Source: Picochlorum sp. SENEW3 (taxonomy: Eukaryota). Taken from it: 64,000 nt of DNA. The notes under the pieces are model-generated. The model was given only the letters and a program-made list of their open reading frames with translations, ran no database searches and was not told the origin of the DNA. The DNA lies in the NCBI GenBank assembly GCA_034226945.1, contig CP120453.1, forward strand, positions 1,178,001-1,242,000, written 5' to 3'. Within the stretch, counting starts at the first letter, position 1. Every line of letters starts with the position of its first letter. Both the position numbers and the translations under genes were made by a program. Below, one piece after another: positions 10,259 to 23,000 of the stretch.

Positions 10259-11839
10259 TCAATACTCGTAATCTGATGCTTTGGGGCGCCTTGGACCCTT
10301 TCCCCTTTTGTTGCCAAATCGGGAAGGGTATTTCTTCTGTCCATTGCTCTGGCTGAAATTGGATGATGGTATTGCCTGTGGATAGTCCTGCCCAATCTGC
10401 ACCTCAAATACATCCTGATCTTTCCTGCTCATGTTTGAGGGCTCGTGAATTTTGGTGGATGGAACATTTTTCAATTCTGGACACCAAAGCCTGATGTACT
10501 CACCATCTGGATCATAGTCCTTGCTTTGCTTTGTTATATTGAATTTATTGATTCTTCCTCCTGTCAAACCAGCAGCTGCAACCCAATTCCCCCAGTTCGA
10601 TGCAGGGTCGTAGTCAAGCAGCATTGACTCGAACCAATCAGCTCCCAAGCGCCAATCCAGGCCCAAGTCTAGACAGAGAAAGCTTGCCACATTTTGTCTC
10701 CCTCTGTTTGACATGAACCCTGTCTGCTTTAGCTCCCTCATGTTGGCATCAACCAGCGGCCATCCTGTCTGTCCGTCCCTCCACCGTTCAAACATGGCTT
10801 GGTCAACCTTCCACGGCCTAGATTTCCCAATAGGGCCATGTAATTTGAAGATGGCGTCTCCCTGAGCCAAGGCATAATACTTGAAATAATCTCTCCAAAT
10901 AAGTTCAAAAACAACCCAATATGTTGATTTATTCGCAACACGCTCCTTTTCATACTCTTGGATCTGCCAGTAGATGTATCTGGGTGAAATACATCCATGT
11001 GCCAGAGCAGGAGCTAATTTTGTGCTATAATCTCCACCAACCATTCCATTTCTAATATCAAAGTACTTTTCAATCAACTTTGACTCCCATAGATAATACT
11101 GCAGCCTTTGGAGAGCAACATCTTCTCCACCCTTCATGTCAAACGCTGCCCTGTCATCCTTTGTCGGTGTCTGTAACAATGGATGGCCATCTGGAACAAT
11201 ACTATTCAAGTCTTCAACAGATTTGGGAATACTATCAATATCTACAACATCTTGTGGTATTGGAAGCTGGCCCTTTTTGGGACTTGGAAAGCATTTCCTT
11301 ACATCAGCACAATTCTCCACCTTGTTCCTAAATGGAGTAAACACCGTAGGCATCTTGTGCAAATCGAAAGGAAGATCATCCACATGATACAGCGTTGATC
11401 CCCAGAACAACTCCATCCTCGATCCACACCTCTTCAATGCTCGCGTGACCGCAACCTCTGCCCGAGTTTCCTCACTCGTCACTTCCCTCTGTGCATACAC
11501 CGTCATTGTCCCATGAGGTGGGCAGAGTTTCGGCAACTCCACCTCGGGCGCTCCCATACGAACAACAAGATCAGACCCAATCAATCTGAGATTCTGCTTT
11601 ACATTCTCAACCGATTCCAATAGGTACTGTGCGCGGTATGCCCCAGTCTTGAGCTGTCCATTTGAAAAGCAAGTCTCATGAAACCACCGTGGATCAAAAC
11701 AAAACACTGGCAACACATCATCGGCCATGCCCCTACCCACTGCCTCGACAGCTTCATGTACTATTACATTGTCATGCAGACGCAAATCATTTCGAAACCA
11801 CAGCACCACTCGTCTCTGTGTTCCCTTTGAACCAGTCAT
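10259..11839 (-). CDS. CRYD: Cryptochrome DASH
   Basis: WFRNDLRLHDN, RNGMVGGDYSTKLAP, STYWVVFELIWRDYF, GFMSNRGRQNVASFL, DWRLGADWFESMLLDYDPASNWGNW. True start may be further upstream. Confidence 0.95.
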   Translation of the reverse strand: MTGSKGTQRRVVLWFRNDLRLHDNVIVHEAVEAVGRGMADDVLPVFCFDPRWFHETCFSNGQLKTGAYRAQYLLESVENVKQNLRLIGSDLVVRMGAPEVELPKLCPPHGTMTVYAQREVTSEETRAEVAVTRALKRCGSRMELFWGSTLYHVDDLPFDLHKMPTVFTPFRNKVENCADVRKCFPSPKKGQLPIPQDVVDIDSIPKSVEDLNSIVPDGHPLLQTPTKDDRAAFDMKGGEDVALQRLQYYLWESKLIEKYFDIRNGMVGGDYSTKLAPALAHGCISPRYIYWQIQEYEKERVANKSTYWVVFELIWRDYFKYYALAQGDAIFKLHGPIGKSRPWKVDQAMFERWRDGQTGWPLVDANMRELKQTGFMSNRGRQNVASFLCLDLGLDWRLGADWFESMLLDYDPASNWGNWVAAAGLTGGRINKFNITKQSKDYDPDGEYIRLWCPELKNVPSTKIHEPSNMSRKDQDVFEVQIGQDYPQAIPSSNFSQSNGQKKYPSRFGNKRGKGPRRPKASDYEY

Positions 11840-12589
11840 TTTTGCAGAGCAATACACTCGGCGATTCCTCTCCCGTCGAAGCGATACTGCAATCCTTGTA
11901 CCCTATAATACAATTATAAATCACAATGACAGTCCATCGCACGCACATTGTCGCTGTGTTTGCGTACCGCCTGTTGTAGCACAGTTCTGCTTAAATGCAT
12001 CAATGACCCGTGTTTATCTTTCTATTGCAGACGTTTCTACCCCTTGTACTGCCTCTACAAATCCATATGTAGTATTAGTTCCGTCATAAAGACGCGCATT
12101 GTCATTCAAGGCCTGTCAATCAAGCAATCAGTATGTGGCTCTCCTTGCTGATTGGCTCTTGCATCATTATTGCAAAGGCAGTCAAATCAACACTAGTAGT
12201 TTCTGATTTCATAATCCGATCTGATTTTTTGAGAACGTCCGATTCTTTGTCAATCGATTCGATGGTGTCATACAATGAATGACCCATATCGTAGGTACAG
12301 ACCCTAGTAGTAGAAGCAGCAGTAATACTGCAGAATAGCTCACTGCCATCAAGCACACTGATGAGATGAAGGACGAATCTTCTCCATTCCATAGGAAGCA
12401 AACAGATGTCCCAGTGCTAGATTTTAAAGCATATTGAATAAAAACTGTTTTGAGGAATACGAGAGGCATTAAAGGGAGAAGATTCGTCGCTATTCTTCAA
12501 AGGGAAAATGCAAAGTTGACTATACATGAGCAAAGACAGTCGTGTTTTGCTCTTTTTTCGAATCGTGATGCCCTTATCTGATTATTAAA

Positions 12590-14159
12590 ATGATAGTTTT
12601 TGATCTCATCGTTCTAGCAACGTCATTCGTGGCGTTGCTGATGGCAGGGTGGTTGTTTGTTACCAAGTCGCTCTATTCACCGAATGAGCGTCGAAGTATC
12701 GTTGCGACAGCCATGTTTGCCCTCATTTTTGCCTTCTCAGCAATGATTCTGGAGCTAATTGTGTGTGAGGTCACTGATAGCCTGGATATAAGGTATGTTT
12801 CACCATGGTTGTGAGGGAGGTCCAGACAAAGTCCTCCCAGTGTACGTGTAGTTACACATGGGTTGCATTGCATACAATATGCCTAATTTAAGAAATTGCT
12901 AAACGTACTACGTTATGGTATATAGGACGAGGAAATTGGGTTGGAAGGTGGATATGGTAATGCTGCTGGGTCTATTACTGGTGGTGCTTCCCTTTTCACA
13001 TATTTTGATGCTTGTTCAGCGGAAACTGAGTGGGTTCAAAGCTGTGCTGATATCTGGAGTGATATTGAGTGGACTGAGTTTTTTGTTTTGGAACTCAACG
13101 TGGCTAGCACCTGCTCTTCCGGCTGGTGCCAAAGATCTCTCAAAGTATAGCATGTTGGAGGCAGTTGGACGAGTGGGAGCGCTGGGGCTTGTTCTCGTGT
13201 CTGTGTTGTCTGGCTATGGTACAGTCAGCGTCCCTTTCTCATATATTAGCCTTTTCATCCGACCTGTTGAGGCGGGGGAGATATCTGCCATGGAGTCGCA
13301 GCTGCAACAGGCAACAGTGTCAAAGAAGCAAAAGATTTCAAAAGTGGAAGAGCTGCAAGAGGAGTTGAGGATAAAAAGAGCCAACGATGATGTGAAGGCT
13401 AATTTTTTTAGCAAGTTCGTGACTGCTATTAGTTCTGTCGGTGTGAGAAGAATTTTACAGGATATAACGAATTTAGAGGTCGAAATCTCGTCCTTGTCAT
13501 CGCTCGAGTCTGCATTGCAGGCTGACATTGTTGATCTTAGGAAGCAAAGGTACAAGGCACAGATTTCTAGGACAATGCGTGGTCACGTTCAGAATTTATT
13601 AGGATACATACTGTCTATATATTGTATATATCGGATGTTTGCCAGCTCGAAAGCCCTTGTCGTTGGAGAGGATACAAGTTCTGACCCTGTGAGTAAGACG
13701 CTTGCATTCATTCTTCGATTCTTCTCTGGTGGCAGTCTTCGACTCGATGTTCAGGCCTTTTCACAGTATCTAACGCTTGCATTCGTTGGATTTATATCAA
13801 TAACATCTTTGAGAGGCTTTATTATGCATATGCAAAGTTTCTTCTCCTTCTTCCGTGGTGCCAGAACATCATCTGTTGGATTTGTTTTGTTCTTGACAGA
13901 GCTTTTGGGATTTTACACAATATCCACCTTGCTGTTGCTCCGTCGACAGCTTCCTGAGCAATACAGAGCAACTGTGACGGATGCTATTGGAGGAGATTTA
14001 GAATTCGATTCGTATCATCGTGGCTTTCATGCTATTTTCCTCTTGACTGCCATTGTCTCTCTTGGCATGTTTTGGCAACAGATATCTCGCCGTAAAGCAG
14101 AGGCTATGGATAGGCTTCCGTCATATATCATTCCTTCGGATACAAAGATGAAACTGTGA
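12590..14159 (+). CDS. GTG1: GPR89/GTG (GPCR-type G protein, Golgi pH regulator); intron 12793-12925
   Basis: Multi-TM protein; RVGALGLVLVSVLSGYGTV, RGHVQNLLGYILSIYCIYRM, DPVSKTL, LPEQYRATVTDAIGGDLEFDSYH. Confidence 0.9.
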
Positions 14160-14163
14160 TTAT

Positions 14164-15102
14164 TTATTTATACGCTGCTACTTGAACTTGTACATATTCC
14201 TTGATAAGTACATCCCGAAACCACTCCAATAAAATGTGCATATGCTTGCCCTCTACAAATCCAAGCTCGAGCCGGCCGTCCTGCTGCAGCTGATCAAGCC
14301 CAAGATTCCTATATAGCGCTTGCTCCTCCATTGTCTGGATCGACGTCCCATTAAAGAATCCAAAATGACTCGTTTCTTTGGGCTCCAGCATGGTGTCATT
14401 GGTAAACTGGAATAGAACCATTTTCTCAAGACTTTGAATGGCATCTCTGTATCGAGCACAAGGATCTAATCGATACATCTTCTTCTGAGTACCAAACTCG
14501 CAGTTGATATCCGCCAAAAACTTGGCATGCTCTCTATATTCTGGCAATCGATCTGGCAATTTCAAATACTGTGCTTGAACAAACATTCTCTGCACAAACC
14601 CCTGATACGCCACACTCTCAATCGATCGATCCAAAATCCAACATAATGTGCTGGAGATGGGCACAGGGCATGATGGAATACTCACCACTCCATTCTGTGG
14701 ACCACCAATTGAAATCAGCCGTTCCATACGGGGCCCAACTGCATGGCATCTCTGCAACAAACCCCTCATAAACAGTCCTCCCTGACTAAAACCAATACCT
14801 ATGTATCCATCCTTCAATTCAGGAGTCATGGCAAGGTCTCGACACGCAGAATCAATCTGCTGATTCAAATCTCCAAAGAAGGAAGACGCCGTATCAGTCA
14901 GAAAACCCGTCTCAGCCGAGATACAGTGAACATATACACCTGGAATCTCCTCTTGGATCACATCTATAACATTTGCCATGGATCCATCGCATGAATCCCC
15001 CATTCCATGCCAAATAACCACAGGAGTAGGGTTGAGAGACCCCATGGCCATGTCCCACAACCCTAGGCTTATCAAGACTCTTGCGATTCTAGACACCCAC
15101 AT
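14164..15102 (-). CDS. PPT1: Palmitoyl-protein thioesterase 1
   Basis: Signal peptide; PVVIWHGMGDSC, IGFSQGGLFMR, LISIGGPQNGV, FLADIN, PKETSHFGF, GKHM. Confidence 0.93.
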   Translation of the reverse strand: MWVSRIARVLISLGLWDMAMGSLNPTPVVIWHGMGDSCDGSMANVIDVIQEEIPGVYVHCISAETGFLTDTASSFFGDLNQQIDSACRDLAMTPELKDGYIGIGFSQGGLFMRGLLQRCHAVGPRMERLISIGGPQNGVVSIPSCPVPISSTLCWILDRSIESVAYQGFVQRMFVQAQYLKLPDRLPEYREHAKFLADINCEFGTQKKMYRLDPCARYRDAIQSLEKMVLFQFTNDTMLEPKETSHFGFFNGTSIQTMEEQALYRNLGLDQLQQDGRLELGFVEGKHMHILLEWFRDVLIKEYVQVQVAAYK

Positions 15103-15247
15103 TGTCTAAAATAATGACAAAGATAATCAAAAGGCGTGGTTTGAGTGACAATGAATGGTCATTTCATGGTGTGAACACATGACGTCGGATGATTTTGACA
15201 CAAATAGCGCTACAATAACAACAACAACGATAATAATGAACATAAAT

Positions 15248-16881
15248 TTAGACTAAAAATTGGTTTGTATCGACAGCATCGTGTTCAGTGGTAAGTTGTA
15301 TGCCTCCAGCAGCTGATGGAGCATCCCAAGCACCCTGTGGGATGGCTGCATTCAGCTGTCTATAGTACGGCTCCTTGAGATCGAATTGGCCCACTGAAAA
15401 TTGCATCTTTTGATCTGGGTCATGTGGGTTTGGTGGACCTGATAACTCTAGAGAAAGATCATAGCTCTGCCGTTCGTGTGCTTTCAGCTTGAATACACCC
15501 TTGATGGTCTCCCCTGGAGAATAAATCATGATTGGTTGTCGCAGGACACAGCGGAGCTGGAACCAATGCGTGATTGGCATGCCAGGTGCTGTAGATAAGA
15601 TGCGCTGGCATGTCGTCCCATCAAAAGATACATCAAACCAGGCAGCAATCCCATGGACAGTGCATGCCCTGCCTACTTGCAGAGAGAGTGGAATCTCAAA
15701 CTTGTACAGATCTTCTTCTCTGCACGACGTAAAGTCAATTTTATGCATGGCGTAGTTTGATACCAGAACATTTGGTGGGATTTGATCGACAACGACCTGC
15801 GAAAAGTAGGATGAATACGCAGAGTTGTGCAAGCATGTCAAATCCACACCATAAAAGTTCTCCTGCTGCCAAAAGGCTGCCTTGTTGGCAACCTCCATGT
15901 ATAAATATTCGTCAGAAAAAGCAGAGATGTAAATTGTGCCTGTTCCTGGGAACATTTTCCCTCCCTCAATGAGATGCGTATCTCGTGCATAGAAGTAACT
16001 TTCTAGCATTCGTTCATTCACCAAGAGCGTTCCCATTGGCTCGGACACAAGCACATCGACCTTCTCGGGTAGCTCAATCTCTTCAACTTTACCCCGAATC
16101 ACCTTTATCTTAGATCCATGCATTGGATTGGCTTTAAATAACTGCTCAGCAAACGTGGCAATGTTTGATGCCTCCACTGCATAGACAACCCGAGCTCCTG
16201 CCTGTGCAGCAAAGAGACTCAGAATACCACTCCCACAGCCCACATCCATGACTGCTTTCCCTTCAAAATCTGATTTATTTTCTGTTATCGCGGCATAGTA
16301 TGTCCCGGTTCGAATGTAATCCTGCAGCATGTTTTGTTGATGCTGTAGCATGCCATAATAATGAAAGTACAATGCAGACGATGTCTTATCAGTCTTTCGA
16401 TCAAAATGATCCAATTTGTTTTCATAACCATCATTCAATCTATTCATCATCTTTTCCAGCCCATCAGCTGCCTCTGGAGACAAGGGTTTTAATATCAGGG
16501 TGGCCTCTTTTTTCCTCTTGGTCCCTCGTCGACCACCATGGAGACACGTATTCATCAGATAGGGCCCATGTGAGGTCTTCCAAACCTATACATTGGTATT
16601 TAGATTAGCATAAGAACATTCTGGATCATCATTGACGCAGTATCGCGTACCTTGGTGTGGTCAATGTCGTTGCATGCAACCTCTTTTCCTTCAGAATCGC
16701 GAATAACGACTGTGCTTCCTTTATGACCTTTTCCATCCTCCACTATATATATCTTTGATTTTTTGAGAATTTCAGAGCATTCATAGTGCGTCGAATGCTG
16801 AGCGACTCTGTCGTCAAACAATCCAACCTCGACTTGGTCTATTTCAAAGCTCTCGGGCACTTCCCGACAGATTTCATTCAT
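15248..16881 (-). CDS. PRMT4: Protein arginine methyltransferase 4 (CARM1); intron 16650-16586
   Basis: YFHYYGMLQHQQNMLQDYIRT, VMDVGCGSGIL, SEPMGTLLVNERMLESY, THW loop, DLKEPYYR. Confidence 0.95.
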
Positions 16882-17050
16882 TGTAGCATAATAAAAGATG
16901 AAACTAAATATAATTCATTGTTTGATAATGCATGCCGAGTCATTTTTGGGTATTCTTGGGTTCCGAGATGGGGTCTTCAATGATGGCTGAAACCATTCAC
17001 CAAGATTCAAATGAGGCTTGAAAAGCCTACTACTACTCAAGGAAGAGTCT

Positions 17051-18766
17051 TCATGAGAAGAACGGGATTTTGCGGAAAAGCTTGACAACCTCGTCATGTC
17101 CAGACCGAATCGCATAAGTCTTTGCGTTCCATCCACGGTCATCTTCAATATACAAATCTGCTTTAGCTTTCCATATCAAGTACTCGACGACATAGTCATG
17201 GCCTTCCCAGCACGCATGCATCAGTGCAGTTAGCTCGTCAGAATCGCTGGCATCCACATCCAGATTGCCAATTCTCTTATGCAAGTACTTGATAATGTCC
17301 ATGTTGCCACATATGGAAGCCAGTATAAGGGCTGTTGATCCATTTTTATCCGTGTCATTCACGTCCAGAATGCCTAGTTTTTTATGGAAATACCTCAGTA
17401 TGTATTCCTGACCATTTTCGCAAACAATCAAGAATGCCGTTCGCCCCCATTTATCCCTGATGCTGAGATCAACATTGCCTATCGTTTCATACAGGTACTT
17501 GACAGTGTGCATGGCGCTAGATGAAAGGCTTGTGCATCCACATGCAATCATAAATGGTGTGTGGCCTACATCATCCGTGTCATTCATATCCACATTGCCT
17601 ATGGTCGTATGAAAATATTTAACAACGTCTTGCCTTGTTTCTTTGCAAGCAATCATAAATGGTGTCTGGCCTGCATCATCCCTGGCATCCACATCCACAT
17701 TGTCAACGGTCTCACACAAATATTTGACCGTGTCTAGATGGCCGCTTGCACAAGCAAGCATGAGCGGTGTCCTGCCCTTTTGGTCCCTCTTCTCTATACC
17801 AATATTGCTGATGTTCTCATACAAATACTTGACAACATCAGTACGACCATTTTCACAAGCAATCATGAATGCTGTCTGTTGGCAACAATCCCTGTCATTC
17901 AAATCTACATTGCCTACTGTTTCGTACAAATATTTGACAACATCTATACGTCCATTTCTACAAGCAACCATGAATGCTTTCTGATGTGTACTGTTGCTCT
18001 CATTCATATCCATATTGCCTATTGTTTCGTAGAAGAACCTGAGAATGCCTATATGCCCATGGGTACATGCAACCACGAGTGCGGTCTCTTTGATATCAAA
18101 GTCCTTGTCAGTCAGATCTTCATTGCTCAGTGTCTCCCAGAAATATCTGACAAGGTGCACATGCCCATATTTTGATGCGCTGCGGAGCGCTTTATCAGCC
18201 CATGAAACGGTGGATATCTTACCCAAAAGATCAACAATCCTCTGGATATCCTCTACATCAAAACCTGCCTTGCATGCTCCCTCGAGAAGATTGACCCGAT
18301 GCCTCAATATCGTCTCAGAGAGCGTTTTCATGTGCCTTTCAACACACAAACCAGATCGAACCACTCGATATACTTCCAAAGGAACGTATTCCATGTACTT
18401 GTGTGCATGCCTGAATTGCTCAAATTCAGTCTCGAAATCCATCTGTGATACATCCATATCCGCTTCTCTGGCCGCTATTTCCATCGAGTATTTAATCGTA
18501 AATTGCATCTGGTTAGAGAGGCCATTTTCCGAAGGAGGAGGCAACAAGGGAGGCTGCTTTGAATGTTTTGTCAAGTGTTCCTTCAGGCCCTCCTGTTTCA
18601 AAAACCCAAGCGCATACAGACTCACGCACGCTTGGACCTCTTTCAAGCAGAACACATTAGTCAAATTCTTTAAAATATGAGGCTGAATGGGACCAGGGCC
18701 AAAGATGCGATCGACGGCAGAATGGCCAAGTTTCCTCTTCTTGTTGTTGACGTTTGCAGAAGCCAT
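17051..18766 (-). CDS. Ankyrin-repeat protein with uncharacterised N-terminal region
   Basis: About 10 tandem ~35-aa repeats (TAFMIACENGRTDVVKYLYETIGNVD pattern); intronless 571-aa ORF. Confidence 0.9.
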   Translation of the reverse strand: MASANVNNKKRKLGHSAVDRIFGPGPIQPHILKNLTNVFCLKEVQACVSLYALGFLKQEGLKEHLTKHSKQPPLLPPPSENGLSNQMQFTIKYSMEIAAREADMDVSQMDFETEFEQFRHAHKYMEYVPLEVYRVVRSGLCVERHMKTLSETILRHRVNLLEGACKAGFDVEDIQRIVDLLGKISTVSWADKALRSASKYGHVHLVRYFWETLSNEDLTDKDFDIKETALVVACTHGHIGILRFFYETIGNMDMNESNSTHQKAFMVACRNGRIDVVKYLYETVGNVDLNDRDCCQQTAFMIACENGRTDVVKYLYENISNIGIEKRDQKGRTPLMLACASGHLDTVKYLCETVDNVDVDARDDAGQTPFMIACKETRQDVVKYFHTTIGNVDMNDTDDVGHTPFMIACGCTSLSSSAMHTVKYLYETIGNVDLSIRDKWGRTAFLIVCENGQEYILRYFHKKLGILDVNDTDKNGSTALILASICGNMDIIKYLHKRIGNLDVDASDSDELTALMHACWEGHDYVVEYLIWKAKADLYIEDDRGWNAKTYAIRSGHDEVVKLFRKIPFFS

Positions 18767-19025
18767 TGTTAGTTGTCTTTTCTCTCCATGGTTTTTAAAT
18801 GCATAATAGTATTATGTATGTGATGGCATCGTTGTGCATGGTACCACGTAGATCTAGATCCATAACCATAGTGCCTGTTTGGGCAAATTATTTTGATTTC
18901 GAAATTCGAATTTGGCCCTCCGAGTGGCTGAAACCATTTTGGTGAACATGCATGGTTTTGTTCATTACCGGTAGTGTGTTTTTTAGAGCATCCATTTGAT
19001 ATTGGGCTTTTTAATTTTCATCATT

Positions 19026-20057
19026 ATGTATGGTTTGAAGGCGTGTAGATCTGGTACAAGAATCCAATATGGTGGGTGTTGGGTTTCTTCCCGAGGGACG
19101 TTTTTTAAACAGCGTTCGCGTGAAATCTCTCGATCGACTCATTTATCCTCTCGATTGCATGCACACATGCCTGATGATGTTTTTGTTATAGATTTCGATG
19201 GAGTTTTGGCGGATACACAGATGGAGGTGATGAGCGCGGGTTTGAACTGTGCTATGGAGGTTTGGCCTGATGCTTTTCGGGACATCTCGACTGACGAGGT
19301 GATGAAAGGGCTCATACGGGTCAGGCCAAGGTTGGTGAAGGGGTATGAGAGTATGGTGATGGCACGCATGCTCGCAGAGGATTTGGGCAATGTGAATGTC
19401 ATTCTGGAATGTGAGAATTGGGCAGATTCTCAGTCAGGGGTTGTGAGCCATGTACTAGACACGTATGGGAATGATGTGGACGAGTTGGAAGCTGTGTTTG
19501 AAGCTTGGCGAAGGAATAGGATTGAGAATAATTTTGAGGATTGGATAATGCTGAATCCGTTGTATGATGGGATTCAGAGTGCAGTGTCTGATTGTCAAGC
19601 CCCATTTTACATTGCTTCGAGCAAAGCAGGCAACAGGTTGATTCCTCTTTTGAATACCTTGTTGAGTATGGAGGTTGATGAGGATAGCCCAAGAGTGTTT
19701 TCTGGTCTGATTCCTCCGAATGAACTGAAATTGGAGGTGCTGGAGACTGTTTTGCAGAGGCCTATTGCACAGGGAGAACGCACTGTGCTTCATTTTATTG
19801 ATGATAGGTTTGAGACGATCGAGTATATCGCTCAGCACGGGAGCGCAGAGTTGCTGAAAAAGTTTGTGTTGTACTTGGCTGGATGGGGGTATTGCACAGA
19901 AGATGAGCGGCAGAAGGCCAGGGAGTTGGGCATTCGAGTTTTAGATTTGGATGAATTCTGTGAGTTGTTGCGATTTCAAATCATCATGAAAGTGAATGAC
20001 GGGTGTCAAGAAACTGAGGAAGAAACGCTCGCTCGTGTGTACAAAAAGAGCGAATAA
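19026..20057 (+). CDS. HAD-superfamily hydrolase-like protein, plastid-targeted
   Basis: FVIDFDGVLADT (motif I), HFIDDRFET, LAGWGY; R/S-rich transit peptide. Confidence 0.8.
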   Translation: MYGLKACRSGTRIQYGGCWVSSRGTFFKQRSREISRSTHLSSRLHAHMPDDVFVIDFDGVLADTQMEVMSAGLNCAMEVWPDAFRDISTDEVMKGLIRVRPRLVKGYESMVMARMLAEDLGNVNVILECENWADSQSGVVSHVLDTYGNDVDELEAVFEAWRRNRIENNFEDWIMLNPLYDGIQSAVSDCQAPFYIASSKAGNRLIPLLNTLLSMEVDEDSPRVFSGLIPPNELKLEVLETVLQRPIAQGERTVLHFIDDRFETIEYIAQHGSAELLKKFVLYLAGWGYCTEDERQKARELGIRVLDLDEFCELLRFQIIMKVNDGCQETEEETLARVYKKSE

Positions 20058-20084
20058 GTATTACTGAATGCATGAATGCTGTGA

Positions 20085-23000
20085 TTAATACCATGCTTGC
20101 CACCAAATGTACATTCTTGATAGATTCTCCATGGATGTTGCCTCTTGGATGAGCCTTTGCGTTTGTCCCTGTATTGACAGAGGCATGCATGGTTCAGATG
20201 TGACACCCAAGAGGGTACCTTGGAGTCTACCGCTAATTGTATCCAGCCAGTCCCGAGCCTGTGGGTTGTCTGCCTCTTTGTCACCACTGGATGTGCTGCG
20301 CCGTTCCTCTGATTTCGCCCAATCAACAAGAGGATCATGTACAAATGTGTCCATGATTGATAGAATATTTCCTCGGTGTTTTCGAAGGATTGCCAATGTG
20401 TTTTCAAATGAATTTCTGTAAACTCCCTCAACTCCAGAGACACCAAAAGCATCAATAATATTCTGAGTTAGGCGGAATGGAACAACTTCTGGTTGTGGTA
20501 GCGTCAAACCTTTGTCAAAGAGGCACCCGAAATCGATCTGAATAGCATCTCCATTCGACATGTCTAGAAGAACATTCTCCAAATGCCTATCCCCTAGCCC
20601 TACCACATGTCCAACAACACACCATACACTATATGTCCGTGTGAATGCGAGACGTGCATTCAGCCATGAAGCAGGCTCTGGATAATGCTTCAAAAACCAG
20701 CGATGGAAACATGGTGGGTATGTTCTAAGTACAGCATCAAGCCATGACATGAGGCCACTAGATTTACTTCGTGCATCCTTGCCAGAAGAAGCAGTAGCAT
20801 TGTTGTAAAGGTTCTTGATCTCATGATTTATCCGCTTTATGTGGCTAGGAGAATCAGAGAACACTTCTGAAATACAAGAACGAACTGGTTTCGTGCTGCA
20901 TACCCATTCAACAAGCCCGCAGTCTTCAGTAATTGGAATGACTGCAAACCTTCTCAAGTATAAATCCTTTCGCCGGGCATCTGGGTCATCCTTGAATAGC
21001 CTATTAATTATTCCAGCAGCTTCCATCATCCGATTATCTTTGCGCAAGTCATCTTTAGGTTTTGCTAAGAATGGATACTCTTTTCCATCGCTTCCAATAA
21101 AAATGACGCGCTTTGGCTTCATGAGAGACATCATGACGTCAATAGAATCCTTCATGCCTGCAATTGTAACTACCAAGGACTCGTCATAGGTACCTTGTTT
21201 TTCTCTGTGGCCGTCAAGTGTTTGGAACATGTTTAAGGATTCCATTGTTGGCATCATTACTCCGAGTGGCATCACTCTTGTGAGGTGAGAGAATGATTTC
21301 TTGGCTGAGATCACTCTGGCATTTGCTGCAGGAGTGTAGTGGCAAAGCTTGTAGAGCTGCTCACAAATCAGATTATTTTCAGCAAATAGACGCCTTTGTT
21401 GCTCACTAGAGCGTCTCTTTGCACTGTTAATAATCATCATTGCCGCGTTGCGCCGATTCGACCTCCCAGATTTTGACACTCCAGCCAATGCCCAAAGAAC
21501 TTGCTGGGGATATGCAGTTGCAGCATCAGTAATTAGTGATCTTGTCACGGCAGCAACGTCCGGATTATTGTGGCAAATTCTTGAGATCAATTGTGGAAGA
21601 GACGTCATCCAGCAATGTATTGGTATTCTTTTGGAAAGATCATGCAGAATAGACATCACTTGGGCTTGTGCCCTGTCAATAGCAGAGTCAGATTTGCACT
21701 TCAATGCATCAGATCCAATCTCGAACCATAGGGTCAACAGACGAGGTAAACTTTGGTAAATATACTCTGTACCAGCCATGGCGCATTTTCCATATGCTTC
21801 GATAACTTCTGGGTAATAAGTATGGTAGGGCCTGTCCTGGCTCAGTTTTACCCTTGATTTCCCACCAAGTCGATCTGACACCACTCGTCCACGATTCTCC
21901 AAGCTGGTTTGTCTTTCTTTTGCGTCGCTCATATACTCATCAAGGTATAGAGCAAACCTAAAGAATCCAGTTTCCCATCTATCTGGATCGTTATGCATGG
22001 AAAGAGCCCGTTCAAACATATGGACAACTTCTTCCCGGGTTCCTTGGCCCAGCTCTGCAGTCCACTGAGCCTCCTTTAATAGTACTTGGCATAAATAGTC
22101 AGACTTTTCCTTCTTCGAATCAAAATTTTCAATTTCATTCTCATTTGACTGAAGGATCGGCACAATGCCTTGAAGCTCTTGCAATGCCTGATAGGTGTTG
22201 CCTTTTGCATGCAACAGTTCCAAATGCTCTAGGCTTGAACCTGGAACCTTGAGATTTCGTGATTCCAAGACAGAGGGAACAGCTGCATCTAAATTCCCTG
22301 TTTCTCTGCAAAGTGAGGCGTGTGTCATCCAGCAAAAACCGACTTCATCCCTTGCATCCATGAGGTGTGCGAGTTGCCTCCGGATGTCAAGGATTGGGCC
22401 TCTTGTTCCTACAGTTGGCTGGGTGATAGACAGCCTATCCCTCCACCTAAGATTACGTTGCCGCTCTTTTGGACCAATGGTGCTGTTTATAATTCCTACA
22501 AGGAAAGATTTTTATCAAGAGGGAGTGGTTAAACAACAACAACAATCAAAGAAGCGCACCTGCTGCATCTGAGATTTCCTGGATCATGTGCAGTTTCACA
22601 AGATATGGATAGGCACGTGCGTACGATTCTTTAGCAGCGGCAGAAAATTGTGACATAACCTCAAAACGCACTTTTGAGAGATCTTCACGCAATCTGTGGT
22701 GGCCTGCGTCTTCTGACAAATGGCAGAGCAGTTGGCCAAGGCTTAACTCCCACTTCTCATCTAAAGTCAACCTTTGGAAAGCTTCCTGCGAGATCCCAAT
22801 GTATTTTTGAATTTCACCGCGGTACTTGCCAAGTCTCCATAGGGAAGCCACGCCTTTTGTTGCTATTCTTGCGTTTTCCAGGTTTGAGAGAGTGTTGTCA
22901 CGAGACAGAAGGCCTCTAACCTGATTGACCAAGCCTTCAAAGTGACCCAATTGCAGCAAGCAATTCAGGCGTCCTTCCAACAGATTCGAATCTGATCCGA

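Noticed and set aside
11950..12469. Minus-strand ORFs with a signal-peptide-like Leu run; possible small gene or selenoprotein readthrough
   Set aside because: The frames do not join by plausible splice sites, TGA readthrough hits another stop within 6 codons, and no homology is recognised.
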